From assembly GCF_018977255.1 (NCBI RefSeq), contig NW_024705479.1, forward strand, positions 1 through 41,155: DNA of 41,155 bases. The letters run 5' to 3'. Below are positions 21,201 through 34,409 of the stretch, in pieces. Under the pieces are notes generated by a model. The model was not told the origin of the DNA, did not search any database, and saw only the letters and a list, made by a program, of their open reading frames with translations. How positions within the stretch are numbered: position 1 is the first letter of the stretch; every line of letters begins with the position of its first letter. The stretch is from Callorhinchus milii. Taxonomy: Eukaryota. Made by a program: the position numbers and the translations under genes.

Positions 21201-24200
21201 TCCGTCGTCAATCTCCTGTCACAAACGGAGAACGAGGGACATCAATTTACGCGCAGAACGGATCTCATCATCCACAAATGGGCACCGGTGCCTCAGTCTT
21301 GCGGGTCTTTGATATCCTGACAATTCATCGGCGCGATTCGCAATGATTTATCACACACATTCCCGCAGACTCTTTTCAGGCATGTATCACTTGCAATTAT
21401 CCTACGCATACACGCCTTGTCGGTTACAACTTCCAGCCATCCTGATAATTTTGGTGGCCAAGCACACGCAAAGATAAGTTTGCACGCCTCGGGCGGACAC
21501 TGTGCTTCCTGGCCTTGAAGTAGGAGAGAATTACTACTTTCTCTAGGTGCAGGTGCCATTACAGTTTAGTAATGATTCATCCCAGTTATCGTCAGCCAAT
21601 AGCAGGGAGCCGTGGCTTTAGGGCCCTTCGTCATGGATTTGTTAATTCTTAAAGCGGCGGCTGCTAGATCCCAATCTCCGAAAGGTCTTCTGAGGGTCTC
21701 TAAATAGGAGCATTTTCAGTTTCCACATGCGCGCGGCATCACGAAGATTTCTGGGGCACTGGGTCACGGGGAAAGACGAAATATGTCCAGTAAAATATCT
21801 GAATACTTGTTCGATGGCTAAAAAGGTTTCCCTGCCGGATTGACATTGAACTTGCATCGTTCCGACTGGACATCCGTAATTCATGCCAACCAAGAACTGA
21901 TGTTACATTGTCATAGTTCTGCCTGACCGACCCGCCTCAGTTTCCAAATTCTTTTACCACATTCTGTCAATCTCCAGCTCTGCCGTGACTGAGAATTGAT
22001 ATTAAGGAGCTAGAAACCCTGGGACGTGCAAAAACTGTGTAACAAAACCAGATCTCTCTCACACCACCGTCGGACCGACTTGTAAACACAGGGTTGTGTA
22101 GAGACTTAGGGACACCGTCAAGTTAATGCTCACTATCCTAGATAATGCATGAGGCTTGGGTGAAGCAGCGATCTGGAGTCCGGTATTAGCTGAAGGCGTC
22201 TCGCCTGCCAAACGATGCCATTAATACGAACTAGGCAATCGCATACATTCCGTGTTACAGGGTAGTGAAGTCGTCAGTTAGTTTGTGTACTATGCTCATT
22301 TGAATCAGGGTATCGTTGCCGATTTGGTATAGGGAGATCGTTGCGGGTTTCGGGATGAGCGAGTACAATCCGACTTCCACACCGGGAGGGGTAAAGTCCA
22401 AGACGGACGCGTAATATGAGTCTAAGTAGGACGACCACTAAATTGAGTGTATGGCGAGAATGAGCGACGATGCACGGGATGGACAGTGCTACCGCCACTG
22501 GTAAGGCAACAAAAGCGAATTCCGGGTAACGCCACACCAACTATAAGCCCCCATGTTATATTTAATCCAAGATTCGCAGACGCCTATACTGCAGTCGTGG
22601 TGTTAACGCGCGCAGACAGTGTCGGCAACCGAGCTCATAGTTATAGTCTCCTGATGGCTGCGTTCGCCTCCTAACGGCAAATACCTCGGTCGGACAAATT
22701 ACTAGATCGCGTGGGTTAAGATCAACAACTACTAATAGTTCATTTTGGTTAGCGCCAGTTAATGCCTCACGCTTGATGGGAACGCCCGACGTCCCATCGC
22801 AGCAACATGATTAGATCACTCCGTTTGAATATCCAAGACATTTCAGGTTTCCTTACATAACGCCACTCGCGCTTCAGTACTACGCAAGCCCTTGCATCGG
22901 ACACGTGCGGTGAATCGTAGAATTGAGTGAATATCGGTCGTAACGCTTGCACGGGGCTATGCCGTTTAGCATTATCTCATACATGGGCATCCTTGCGGAT
23001 TGAAGACCCTGAAAAGATATCCCGATATCAGTTCTTGATCTGCCAATATAAAGGAGGTAAGATGACCGCTCGCGAATCGTGAGCTGGACAGGTTCTCAAG
23101 CGGTATTGGTAGGGCATCGATCCACATAGGGGTATTCACATAACTCAATAAGCCCGTAATTATTCGCCGTACAACCTGCTCAGGATCCGCCTGCTGAGCA
23201 CTCGCCGGCCGTCGCGACCGAAAGAGGCGAAAGTCGAAGTGACGAGATCAACCACCTAATACGCTTTATTGGTCGACGTTAAAAGCTTGCACAAAGATTC
23301 CTCCAAGGTGTAATTTCCTAGAAAAAGCGACCGGTGACGTACTCCAGTGTACTGGTACGCCGGCATCCTTCTAGACCAACGGATCTAGCCGGAATGTGAT
23401 AATGACTGCCGTACTTTCAAATCCACCTCGTACCGCCACCGCTTCGTGGTCATCATGACTGGCCGGCTAAGCGTGTGAGCCAAACGCTGCGTGAGTAGCC
23501 TGCAGGTGCTGCAGATGTCGGGGGTCAATGTATTCAGTGCTAAAATAGACTACGTAATCAGTATCATGAGTCATACTTAAGAGTCCTTTAATGTGTCGGA
23601 AGGGAGCGGGCGAAGAGCCACTCTTGGTTTAATGTGTGCTTTACGCGGATGTTCGCCTTGGCGAATGGTGCTGCGTGCGCAGCAGCCGTCTATACCGCAT
23701 ATGGCCGACCCAAAGCCCAAGTGTGGTGGTCAGGTCTAGAACAGTTTGGACAGGCAAAAAGATGCTTAGGGAGCGTACACTAGGGAGTACTTCCTGCGAC
23801 TAGACTCGGCTTCAGTCGAGGACGCGCTTTACGACAGGCGCCTTTGCTGTCTCCTTCGACGATATCAATAATGAAAAAACAGGCTATTAGGTCCGCAAAA
23901 TGTAGGTAAACCGGCATGCTGAAACACTAGTTAACTAATCGCTACTCTCTTGCGTTGGTGACCAGACACGACCTAGGGTATGACCTGGATAACAAAGTGT
24001 TTGGCAGCACCTTCGAGCTCTCTCATGCCCTCACCATGATTTGAGAAATCACTATCTATCTGGTCTTGATGTCCATGATAGTCGGAGAAGGGGTTTGCCG
24101 AGAGAGATTAAATATAGAGTACGCTACGGCAGCCTGTCTTGCAATTCGCGCGGGCTAAGTGGAGTTGCCATCGTTCAGTATGGAGATATAAGGCACTGTT

Positions 24201-27200
24201 CATTCCTTATCAGGTATCGGGTTCCGCTATTAAAGCGGTCCCCACGATCGTAGATAGTGATCGCTGAGATGCGAACGCATTGGTTTCCGGTAAGCACGCG
24301 CTTTGGTTAGATACACGGCGGTGCTCGGTGTGGCAGCGCTCAGAGTGGGAACGTAGGAAGACTAGACGTACCCCAAGGAGTCACAAGGTGTATGCAGTAA
24401 GAGAAAAACGACTGTCTGGCTGCATGAGCCACACGAGGGTTGCGCCCTAATCCGCATGACGCTTTCGTAAGACCCCCACCTTGGTATCTGGCCCATTTAG
24501 CCTTTGGCGCCTGGTGATGCCATGACCGTGGAACCCATCATATCCTATTCTCGAATTGAAACAATCCTGTAGTTTGGCACCTAAAAGTGGATACGAACAT
24601 CACTTAAATGTAACGGGCAGGAGACCCACGTGTGTACTTAGGTATAGTTGGCAGAAGCCCTACTTTACGACGTCAGGACGGACTGATGTACACTCAGTTA
24701 AATCGAAACGTACGCTAATTAGACAGTCTTCCAGAATACTCAGGAGGTTCGCGAAGTTATCAGACGGTTGCAAAGATTCCGATTGTAACGGTAAACTGTT
24801 ACGGCGTTAGGTTCGTTGACACATCGCAATCTAGTCGGACTTATAGACAAGTGATAGTTACAACGTAAGTCTCCCAGCTTTGATCCTAACAGAGTGTGCG
24901 TATTTTAGGAGGCGGCCACACTTGGGTAGGATGGCAATTTCAAAGGGAGTTAGACCAGTGGCTTCGAGTGATAAAACTTCTTCGATCCTCCAGACGCGCC
25001 TTTGATGGTACCAGGTAACTTGAAACAGGCTGATTTGCGACTCATTTGTTGTAGACAAAGGAGCTGCATGTGCCTGATGAAAAATGGTACACGATTAGAG
25101 GCATCCGAGATTGGGTGCTGAATAAAAAATAAGTCAACTATTGTTGATTAATGTGTATGTCAAGATGCCCTGTCGAACGAGATTCTTAGGCGATTACCCT
25201 CCTCACAATGCGGCCGCGCGCATGGGAGTTCTACGATTCTTAGTCGGTCGAATAGAGTAGCCTTAAAGCACTAGGCTTTAAATCTGAAGTTGTCGGAGGA
25301 ACATTCCGCCGTCATGGTATGCTATTGCGGGTTGGTTAGTAGTAGATCGGAATCCTATAGGATAATAGCTCTGAATTAAATCCGACTGCGCAGGACAGGA
25401 AAAATTGTCTGAGAACCCCATAAGAATAACATATGAGAGTCAAGGCTTTGGACGCTGTCCACAAGCTGAGCTTACCCGAGCGTACTGTATAGTAATGTGG
25501 CAGATGCCCGATCGTGAGTCTTGTCCTTTACAATTGTAGGTAATTGGCTGACATCCATAGGGGTAATAGAGTCTAAAACCTGAAAACGAGGATGCGCCTT
25601 AAGCCGCAGCAATTCTGTGTGGACCGACTCCGGAGCTACAGCAGATCAAGATCAATTCGTCTTAAAAATGCTTGAACTAACGCGTGGTAGAAGAAATAGA
25701 TGCGGAATACCGAAACCCCAGAACGAACTCCCTCAGGGAAGACGGAGACAGGCCTTGTGTGTTCTTTACATGGTGCGGGGTACAGCCAGACGTCTCTCCG
25801 CTAGGTCGGTGCGTAGATCGAGTATAAATCCGCCTGGGATATTCTGCGCTCGCATTTATAACAACCCCGGCACTTACATCCAGTGGCCACATGAAGACAT
25901 GACGTTCTTTGATTCAGGTCCTTGATGTATCGCGATTATCCCAAATTCGACAGTAGTGCCGGCACAGACACCAAAGATTCCATCCTAGAATTTGATAACG
26001 TCTAGGAACCACAGATACCACAGAACGCCCGAATTATGGACTCGTTTTACGTTGAATTCAAGCCTCATTAAGAAACACAGCACATCTGTCCTCTTTGTCG
26101 ACGTATTTTCTGAAGGCAAGATGATAAGCCGCTGGAACGATTCCCTGCCGTATAGCAGCGAGATCCGTATGTTAGGACGGCAATTTATTACATCCCCGTG
26201 GTACCCACGTGGGTAGAGATGGTTTATAGCGCGGTCGGGGATATTAGACCCGAGTCGTAGTATAACTCGACTCGATAAGCCCGAGCATTGGTCAGTTAGC
26301 AATGTCATGTACGACCACTCAACATGGGTCTACCATAGAGCATATCATTTAAATGGCTTACAGCCCGCGCCGAGTTGATACTCTTACGGACCCTCTTATT
26401 GAGCATCGTGTTGGCAACCGTCCGTGACGTATGCCCTCGGGTCGACTACGAAAAAGGGGAAGGGTGGAGTGATACGAAATTGTTGTACCGTTACGAGGGT
26501 TTCCGGGGAACTTAAAAACAGGTTGAGCGATCCGCTGTGGACGGCCCTCATCTCTTATTAGCCTACCAACGCGCGTTGCGTAGTACTCATTAAAAAGAAT
26601 CGTGTCTGCATAGTGGACGGTCGATCTGTAGAGCCTGCAATCTACTAGTCAGCCACTAAAGCTCAGGGCGTCCACCCCCGATCGCGTCCATAGTTCCGTC
26701 GCTCATGATGCTATAGACAGGAACGATCAGTATCTAACCTCCCATCTAGTAGTCCTGCTTGGTCTTTTATGTTTTGAGCCCGGCAATTCCCGTTACATAA
26801 AAGCACAACCTTTTTTCAGCAGTTCGTAACACGATACGCCGCTCCGAAACAGGGAAATCGAATAAACCGGCTGTCTACTGGTACTCTTTCTGCCTCGGTC
26901 AGTAACCGCTCATAAAAGCGAGTCAATTTTATAGGTTGTTCTGCGTGACTAAAACGTCCATCTGAGGACTAGCTGAGAATGTATCTAAAAACACGAGCGG
27001 TATGCAGCAAATCAGTACGAATTCCTACACGATAACGATTAGAACTTAAATACAAGCTGACAGTTGACCGAAAGGAACGCCGCCGCTCGTACGAGGGGTC
27101 GATTTGGGACTATGAAGAACATTGATAACGAAGCGCGATGCGCAACTCAAAAATGGTAAAGCCTTCGTGCGAAGTTTGGGCTTCATCCGGTCCCAAGTCC

Positions 27201-30200
27201 CGAATTCTCACCCGACCCAGTCGGAACATATTGGTCGTTAGGGAACGCCTGGAGGCGTTCAGAAAAACCTGCTACAAGTTTCCACTCCTCTCTTTGTATC
27301 TTGATACTCTATGCAGGACCGATGCGCGTCCAGTCGTATAATGCAGTACGCAACTCTCGTTTCACGTCCACCGGAGCTATGACGCGACAATTAAGGATTG
27401 TTAATGTGCAGTACCTATCAAGGAATACGGGCTTTTACCACCGGGAACTTAACCCAGCAATGATCGACCCCATAGCTTTTATAAAGGTCAACTCTACGAC
27501 GCATCCGAATGTCATCGTCTTGCGGCGCAATTTGAGTGGGCGTTAACGGATGCACAGCCATTATCTGACAACGAGAACGTTAAACAAGAATTGTAAGTAA
27601 ACAGTCCATGAATGCGTAGATGCATCGAACGAGAAAAAAAGCACCTTGTAAATCAGGTCGAATAGCGATTGAACGGGGGTCTCGTAAATACGTAGTTATA
27701 TGTATGTTATCTATTGTCCCTGAACTTCGTTATAGGACGAGTCCCAAGGAAACTTTGCCGACCCAATAGTATGAAAGTGATGTGAGTATCGGCGACATGA
27801 AGTAGATAACAGCCATGTTTGCTATTTGCAGCAACTCTCGAGAGCAGAAGGTAGCCTATCTCATCCACGAGCTGGCGCATAATTCATTTCCTGGACCTGA
27901 CTAGACCCCAAAATAGTACGCACCATACTGGCTAAGTGACATACTGCCTATCTAACACATCGTTATATGTAAATGTATGACAAGTTTCCAGAGGCTGTGG
28001 ACCAAGTTCAAGAACGATCGATCTCCAACTATGCCCGTCACTAGGCAAGCTATTACACATCTAGTCGTGTAGTGTACCGGCCGCCACGTCACCTTTGGGT
28101 CTATTATTAGCGTTTGACATGTTCATCGGGCGAAATACCCTATTCAGACGGACATAGTGCTCTTTTATCGCAGGAGTGGCTAGTAAAGGGGCCGAACTAC
28201 CATGAAAGTGAGTCAAATAAATCTAGACCCTAACACCCGTTAACTCAATTACTCTTAACGGACGTCACATGACATAGATGGCGCTAGGTTCCGAGGCTCG
28301 CTCTACCGTTTTTCACCGGTCGACCTGATAAGGGGGTGGTCTATTAGGGATCAGCTACGGCCCGCTATATTTGAATTGAGTGAGAATACTGATCAAGCTC
28401 GGTTGACGGCGTTGGCTCCGGGAGGAGGCACGTTAGCCGAAGGTTGACCCCCTAATAGGACTTAGTTGCACCTGGCAGATGTAATAGTCTAATCGCCGGA
28501 TTTTCATGAGGCGGATCCTAAAAATGTCTTGAGCGATGATTACTAAGCTCCGAGTAGGTCGGCAGCCCTTTTTAAGTGGCATTCGCACGTAAAAAGGGAG
28601 TAGTAAGTTCGTTCATCTAGGCAAACGCAGTTGTCTGCAGCGCGATCGCTCCGAGACCTCCCGTTGCTATGTAACAGTGAACGAATACAACTCCGTCCGC
28701 CTTTTAAATCCCTGGAGAGTTTTCATATCCTAAAGTAACAATAGGACTAAATCTCGGAATAAATTACGGAAAGTGGGTAGAAGATTACGAGAGGGCAACT
28801 AGGACTCAGTGTTAGAATCTTCATAGACCAGCGTCGTTTGAGCTGCCTTTATGGTAAGGCGTAACTGCATTTACGAAAAACCACGTAGTTTCCGACCTTG
28901 ATTTTAGGAATACGCTGTTCTCTCCATGGTTCTTTGTATGGCCTGGGCTTAATCGGCGATAGTTGATGAGACGGCTGAGGTAAGTCAACAAGCCCGTCAA
29001 TGTACCTGCATCCCAAGGTCCGGGCGACTAGACGAGTTTGGGCTCTAGTCGACACATGGGAAAAGCTGCGGACTGCCATACTAATGCCGTCTTTAATTGC
29101 CGAACGTCCCTCGAAACATCCTCATTGAGGCACATATGAAGTGGAAGGTTGAATCCATTCGGTAAGTCTCACTACCACTTTGGATCATGATATTAGCCCA
29201 TCAAGGAGGCACAACCTGCTATCGTGGTTACGGCTCCTAATGGATCCCGTTATGGTGCTAACCTTCATCAACCGAAGCTGCATGGTGTGGTGTCTTCAGA
29301 CCCACCCGAGTCGTATTTTCGTTTCGGGGCAGTTGATTTCACTTGACATTTGAACCGTGTTTAACGACGGAACACCGTGCTGCTCCCTTCATGTTTGTCC
29401 TCAAGGATCCGTCCTTGTTCACCACATAAGATCTCTTTGGCGGATCTAGGATTATTGAATGCCACCGAATTCATCAAAACCTCAGAGCAGTTGAGATCCC
29501 ATCGGCGGTATGCGGTCACGTGTCGTCCATGGTCGAAGTCGAATTTCGAACCTGCGATTTCATGACCTCCCGTACCTCGTTGTATTTCCTTCACAGTTGT
29601 ATAAGGTAGGTAACGGATTGATTGGCTGAGATCTTTTGCAACCCCTGTGATTCACTTGAACAAGGAGCCTCTGCCCGCCGGGGAGCTCTACAAGATCCCG
29701 CTTCCCCGGCCTGGACCAGCGTCTCGCCGCGCAATACGGTATGTGTCAAGCACCCATGGTCGACTGGTGACCCTGCTCGGCGATATTAGAATGGTGGTAT
29801 CACTTACTATACAGTCGGTGAGCCCTAGGGAACTAGGGTTTTAGCCCATGTAGTGGGTGCGTGTTGCCAACCGTGATTTTCCAGTTGGGGTGGAGGAAAA
29901 GGAAGAGTCGCATCCAGAACCTCTTAGTTGTGACAACACTACAACATGGACACCTAGCTTCAGAATTCATACCCAACTTGGGTACTATGATCTGGTGGCG
30001 GTAGAAATACAGATCAAGGTAAGTGTAAGACCGATTCGTAGCTACTAGAATGGGTGAACCCCAGCCTAAAGCTTGTAGGCCCTTCCCCTGGGTCCTACTC
30101 GAAATAGTAAAGGAAAGCGCAGAGATCAAGTCAAGCCCTAGCCGGGCAGTATAGTGTTGTCCGACTGACTAGTCACCGCTCTCATCGACGAGAGGGCCCT

Positions 30201-32150
30201 GCATTAAAGAGGCGATTGCCTGGTCTCTACGCACCAGAGTATGATGTATATTAATCGAACCGCCTCCAGTCCGTCCCGGTGCACAACATTTCCTCTTGGT
30301 CAGCTCTAATTAAGACAGCTTGCGAGTCGTGACTGGAAGCGCCTAGTAGGACGGGTATACAGGACTACGCGTGTATCAGAGGTGCCCTGGTATATTCCGA
30401 GGAAAGAATAACACACAGCACGCTCCCAAACAGAGTGTTGAACTCTGATCCTACACTGTACTGAGCTCCAATTGAAATGAAATGGTTGGAGGAGAAGGCA
30501 TGTACCGAGCTGGGGCAGTCAAGCCCAGAATCAGGCGTTCACATTCGTGTCAGACCGTACATTCACGAGCACGGCCGAAATCATCACGTAAATTACGCGG
30601 GGTATGATGTAGCGCTTGATGCTCTTACCCGCGTTGACAGATAATTCAAGGAGGGCTAAAGCTTGTAGAATATGACCGCGGGATCATAGTACGGCTCGAA
30701 GTGCCAGCAAGTACTCATGAATTTATAGCGTATTTAAACTTGTACGTGATTAAGATTTAGTTAAGGGCCGCAAGGGGAATCTTTTAACGTCGCGTTGGAC
30801 TCATCACCACGCCGCTCCGTACAGGGCGCCTGAACATAACAGCAACGAAGGTGGAACGGTGGTTAGAAATTGCTATTCCATGAGAAATCCAAACTTGTTC
30901 TTATCCATGGTGCCAATTCACTGGCATTTTCGAACAAAAGAATTCCGATAAGCGCTGAAGATACCAGTGGCCGTTCTGGGAGTTCGATACTTTGCAGCCC
31001 CGCTGCTAGAAACGCTACGTTTGCCGGGTGTCCAAACGATGTTCAACACTCATCGAACGCATCGACGGTGAATGCCCGGTCAGGAGCATCACGCTTTCGG
31101 TAGGCCGTAGATCAGTTGGCAATGGGGTCTTCTGCGCGTTCACAATTGACTCGTTTAATAAATGACTAGCGCAGGTGCAAAGACGATGCCCCGGCAATTA
31201 TCGTATACTGAAGAGAGTTGCCTAGCCTGAATACCCCCAGCGTGAATATATAGCTTCCCATGCCCCTTCTCTCCCCTATCTAGGTAGTTGCCACTCTCAT
31301 TAAATTGTTAAATCGATGCCAGTGTACCGTGGTTGTACATTCACCCTGCACCCGTCCCCGTGGCGATTCTAACTGGGTTAACAGAGTAACTCACGACGCG
31401 GCAAAGGGTACATGCGACAGTCGAGCAAACTGCGCACGTTTCTGCAGCCGTAACGTACCACTGGGGGGGAACGGTGACAGGGCATAAACTCCACGTGTGG
31501 AGGTAAACATGATTATGTTGCTGGATCACAATTATGACCATCTGTCACAGCGCTCTTCCCGTGTAAACGGTGTATCTAAACTATGCGTGGCCCCGCGGAC
31601 TGAATAAGGTTTTGCTGAAAGAGAGGTCTTATGAGATCGGATGGGCCCTTATCAGTTGAGCGGGAGTTAATTCGCGCCCGTCGTCAAATCGCATTGCGTT
31701 AATGCGCTATGATGAGCCTCGCGCAAGGTAGTCTTCTCCTAAGACTCGTCTCAATATGATCGGGGAACCCTCACCTGCCACACGCGTTAAGGACCATGTT
31801 ATTAACAGGAGCTTTGCCCACGGCGAGGGATAGTCTGTCAGACCCCCAAACCCAGTGCGCGCTCATTTTCCACTCTAGGATAATCCAGTCGGAATGTTAA
31901 AATTTACTACCGCCGAGAGCTACCCGTAGGGCGGGACCACAATAGATGCCTGCTCTTCCTGTGGATAGGGCTAGGATCTATTGGAGGTCTGTTTAGACGG
32001 ACATCTACAACCTTCCATGCGGTGGCGTCATTGGTTACCAATTGGCTAAAAATGGGACTAGCGCTTTGCCAACTGTTACCACCCGATTCCCATCCCTCCA
32101 TGTGAAAACGTGCCCCTTACAACATCTACAGACATTTAGAGATGCCGTTG
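18203..32150. other. Featureless random-like sequence (possible shuffled, synthetic or artefactual segment); right boundary approximate
   Basis: Balanced base composition by eye, plentiful CpG and TpA, no microsatellites, TE fragments or recognisable motifs, and a longest ORF of 147 aa. This contrasts sharply with both flanks. Confidence 0.75.
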
Positions 32151-32372
32151 TATAACACCGTATGTAAGTGAGGGTCACAGCATTTTATTCTGAAAATACA
32201 AATGAAATATAAACCACGGTTTATGCCAGTAACATGTTGAGATGTGCACTAGTTCAATTCAAAAGTAATGCGCACGTTTTGGGATTTGTGCTTTGCCTTA
32301 TCCAATGTGCTCTAAACAGGTCCTTTACACCACTAATCCACATGCCTTGTGAACATGTCTGCACACTGCCAG

Positions 32373-32561
32373 ACAACTCCTACACCACGCCGTACCAGCC
32401 CTGGCAGTACCCGCTGGTAACGCTTCTGGGAACGCCGCTCTACGTGCAGGCGTCACTGCTGCACCGCACTGACCCCACGCTGGTGCTCTTCCTGAAGGAC
32501 TGCTGGGCCACGCCCACTGCCGAAGCCACCGACCCACGCAGTGGAAGCTTGTGGTGGATGG
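32373..32561 (+). CDS. ZP-domain glycoprotein exon (ZP-C), with a 1-bp frameshift near 32533
   Basis: ag|...|gtgagg. Encodes DNSYTTPYQPWQYPLVTLLGTPLYVQASLLHRTDPTLVLFLKDCWATP...QWKLVVDG, matching the ZP2/ZP1/ZP4 pattern (YP.V..L..P.Y....L.R.DP...L.L..CWAT...QW...V.GC). Confidence 0.9.
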
Positions 32562-32947
32562 GTGAGGCTGGGCGAGGTAGTGCTCGATAAAACCTCACTG
32601 CCACAGCGCGGCCTGCAGAGGCAACCTGGTTTGAGGCATTTGTTGTTTATTTTTCTTCCCCCACATAAGCAGTTGTGTAGTAATAGGTTTTTACCCTTTT
32701 AACTGGTACAACAACTGACGCCTTTTTATACAAGGCATCATGTTTGCAATAACCACAACACAAGTGGTCAAAATGCAAAAAAATAAACCACTCTAATGGT
32801 ATGCACTGTCCTTGAAGTTGATTGGTCCACACTCGAGACGGCTTTTCTTAAAGCCTAGTCTCCATTGGTGTTGGACCCAGATGACGCCAAAAGGCGTAAA
32901 ACTCAGACGGCGCACTATCAAAGTATTGAGAGCTCGGTAAACATTTA

Positions 32948-33156
32948 CACTGAGACCTCCTTTACCAGTGGCAAAATATAGTAATAGATTTTTACCCCTT
33001 CAACTGGTCATCGGAGTTGTTTCTTTTTGTTTTTATTTTGACTGGTGTGGTTATTGCGAACATATGATGCCTTGTATAAAGGTGTGTTTTTGTACCAGTT
33101 GAAAGGGTAAAACCCTATTACTATATTTTGCCACTGGTAAAGGAGGTCTCGTAGTG
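32948..33156. mobile_element. MITE with CACT...AGTG termini in the ZP intron; related fragment at ~32678-32760
   Basis: GAGACCTCCTTTACCAGTGGCAAAATATAGTAATAG and its reverse complement form ~60-bp TIRs. Confidence 0.8.
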
Positions 33157-33523
33157 CAGAGTTGTGTAATTACATCGCTTTTTCAATGACAACAATTCGT
33201 ATAAATGGGGACGATCAGGTTCTGGAGTTTAAGCAAGATTGCAGTGCCATCAAATGTCGATGGCCACTGCTCCTTGGGTTGATGTTCTGGATGTTAACAC
33301 AGCCACCCTCTGCCTCCCAGAGCTGGTGGTTTGTACAAGGCCGACTACATGTAGTGATGGTTGCACTGCCTATTGGCATTTGGGCAGCCTTGCTGATCGT
33401 GAGCATGTCTTGACTAAAGCTGGTCTTCATCCGTGCATGCAGATTTAAATAAAGATGCGTGCATTCAATCCGATGCATAACACTTGCTTTGAATGGAGGG
33501 TAAACGGCACTTTTCCTGTGCAG

Positions 33524-33659
33524 CTGCCCCGTGCAGTCTCCCTGTTGCAGTGTGTCCTTCCCTGGTGTTGCTGACCTGCCACTGCCTTCTCACTACAAGC
33601 GTCTGGCACTCCAGGCCTTCACCTTCATGAACTCTGACCGAAGCACCACCCGTGACCTC
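33524..33659 (+). CDS. ZP-domain glycoprotein exon
   Basis: cag|...|gtgagt. Encodes (G)CPVQSPCCSVSFPGVADLPLPSHYKRLALQAFTFMNSDRSTTRDL; splice phases match the neighbouring exons. Confidence 0.9.
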
Positions 33660-33802
33660 GTGAGTGCCTGATTCTTTCCGCCATTAAAAACCAAGTCCCC
33701 ATGAAGGGATGACGTGTACTGTGTCCAACTGGAGAGGCACAAAAGACTACGTAAAACATGGACTGCTTTACTTACTGGAGCGATGCATTCTGTCTACCAC
33801 AG

Positions 33803-33896
33803 GTTTACCTGCACTGCTCTATCGTGGTGTGCGACAGCTCCAGCCCCAACTTCCTCACCGAGTGCAATCGGCAGTGTGGACAGACCAGGCGCTACC
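33803..33896 (+). CDS. ZP-domain glycoprotein exon (end of ZP-C, furin-like site)
   Basis: cag|...|gtgagc. Encodes VYLHCSIVVCDSSSPNFLTECNRQCGQTRRY. Confidence 0.92.
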
Positions 33897-34149
33897 GTGA
33901 GCACCACTGCGACCTCCATTGAATATCTTGTGCTTGTTTACCCAGAGGACAAAGGGGTTTTCATGTTGGTGGTAGCGTTGCTATGTTATCGTTAATTTAG
34001 AGCGCATTAGCTGTGAATTTGCAAACTGGTTTTTGACAAGCCGTGGCATGCCTTAATGACCTACTCGTTTTACTTTTCTGGGACCTGAATCCTTTGGTGT
34101 CCTTTTGTATGGACCAGTGGTCCTCAACCGCTTTCTGTTCTTGTTCCAG

Positions 34150-34409
34150 AGCGCAACGCCATCTCTGACGCTTCCAGCGTGGTAGGAAAGCACGTGGTGT
34201 CGCTGCAGGGCCCCGTGCTCTTTGAAGAAGCTCCTGTTAACGACGCTGCTCTGCTGTTGCTGGAGGCTCCCTCCTCATCGTGGGCCTCGGCTGGGACTCT
34301 GTCCTTTCTCCTCGTCATTGCCACAGCCGTCATTGCTCTCCTGTCTGCTGCCATTGCCGTCAGGAGGCGCAGGAGCCGGGCTGTGGCGCTCGATGGGAGT
34401 GGCTATTGA
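34150..34409 (+). CDS. ZP-domain glycoprotein last exon (EHP, transmembrane helix, basic tail)
   Basis: RRYQR across the junction, EHP-like VVSLQGPVLF, TM LSFLLVIATAVIALLSAAIAV, RRRR, TGA stop; AATAAA at 34463-34468. Confidence 0.9.

Noticed and set aside
18203..32150. The 60-147 aa ORFs as phage, viral or novel genes
   Set aside because: No motifs, operon-like packing or splice structure; their lengths are what chance would give.
32135..32170. LEMPLYNTV followed by gtaagt as the preceding ZP exon
   Set aside because: The junction would not give the expected Asp codon, and upstream sequence has no ZP similarity. It may only mark the edge of the random-like block.
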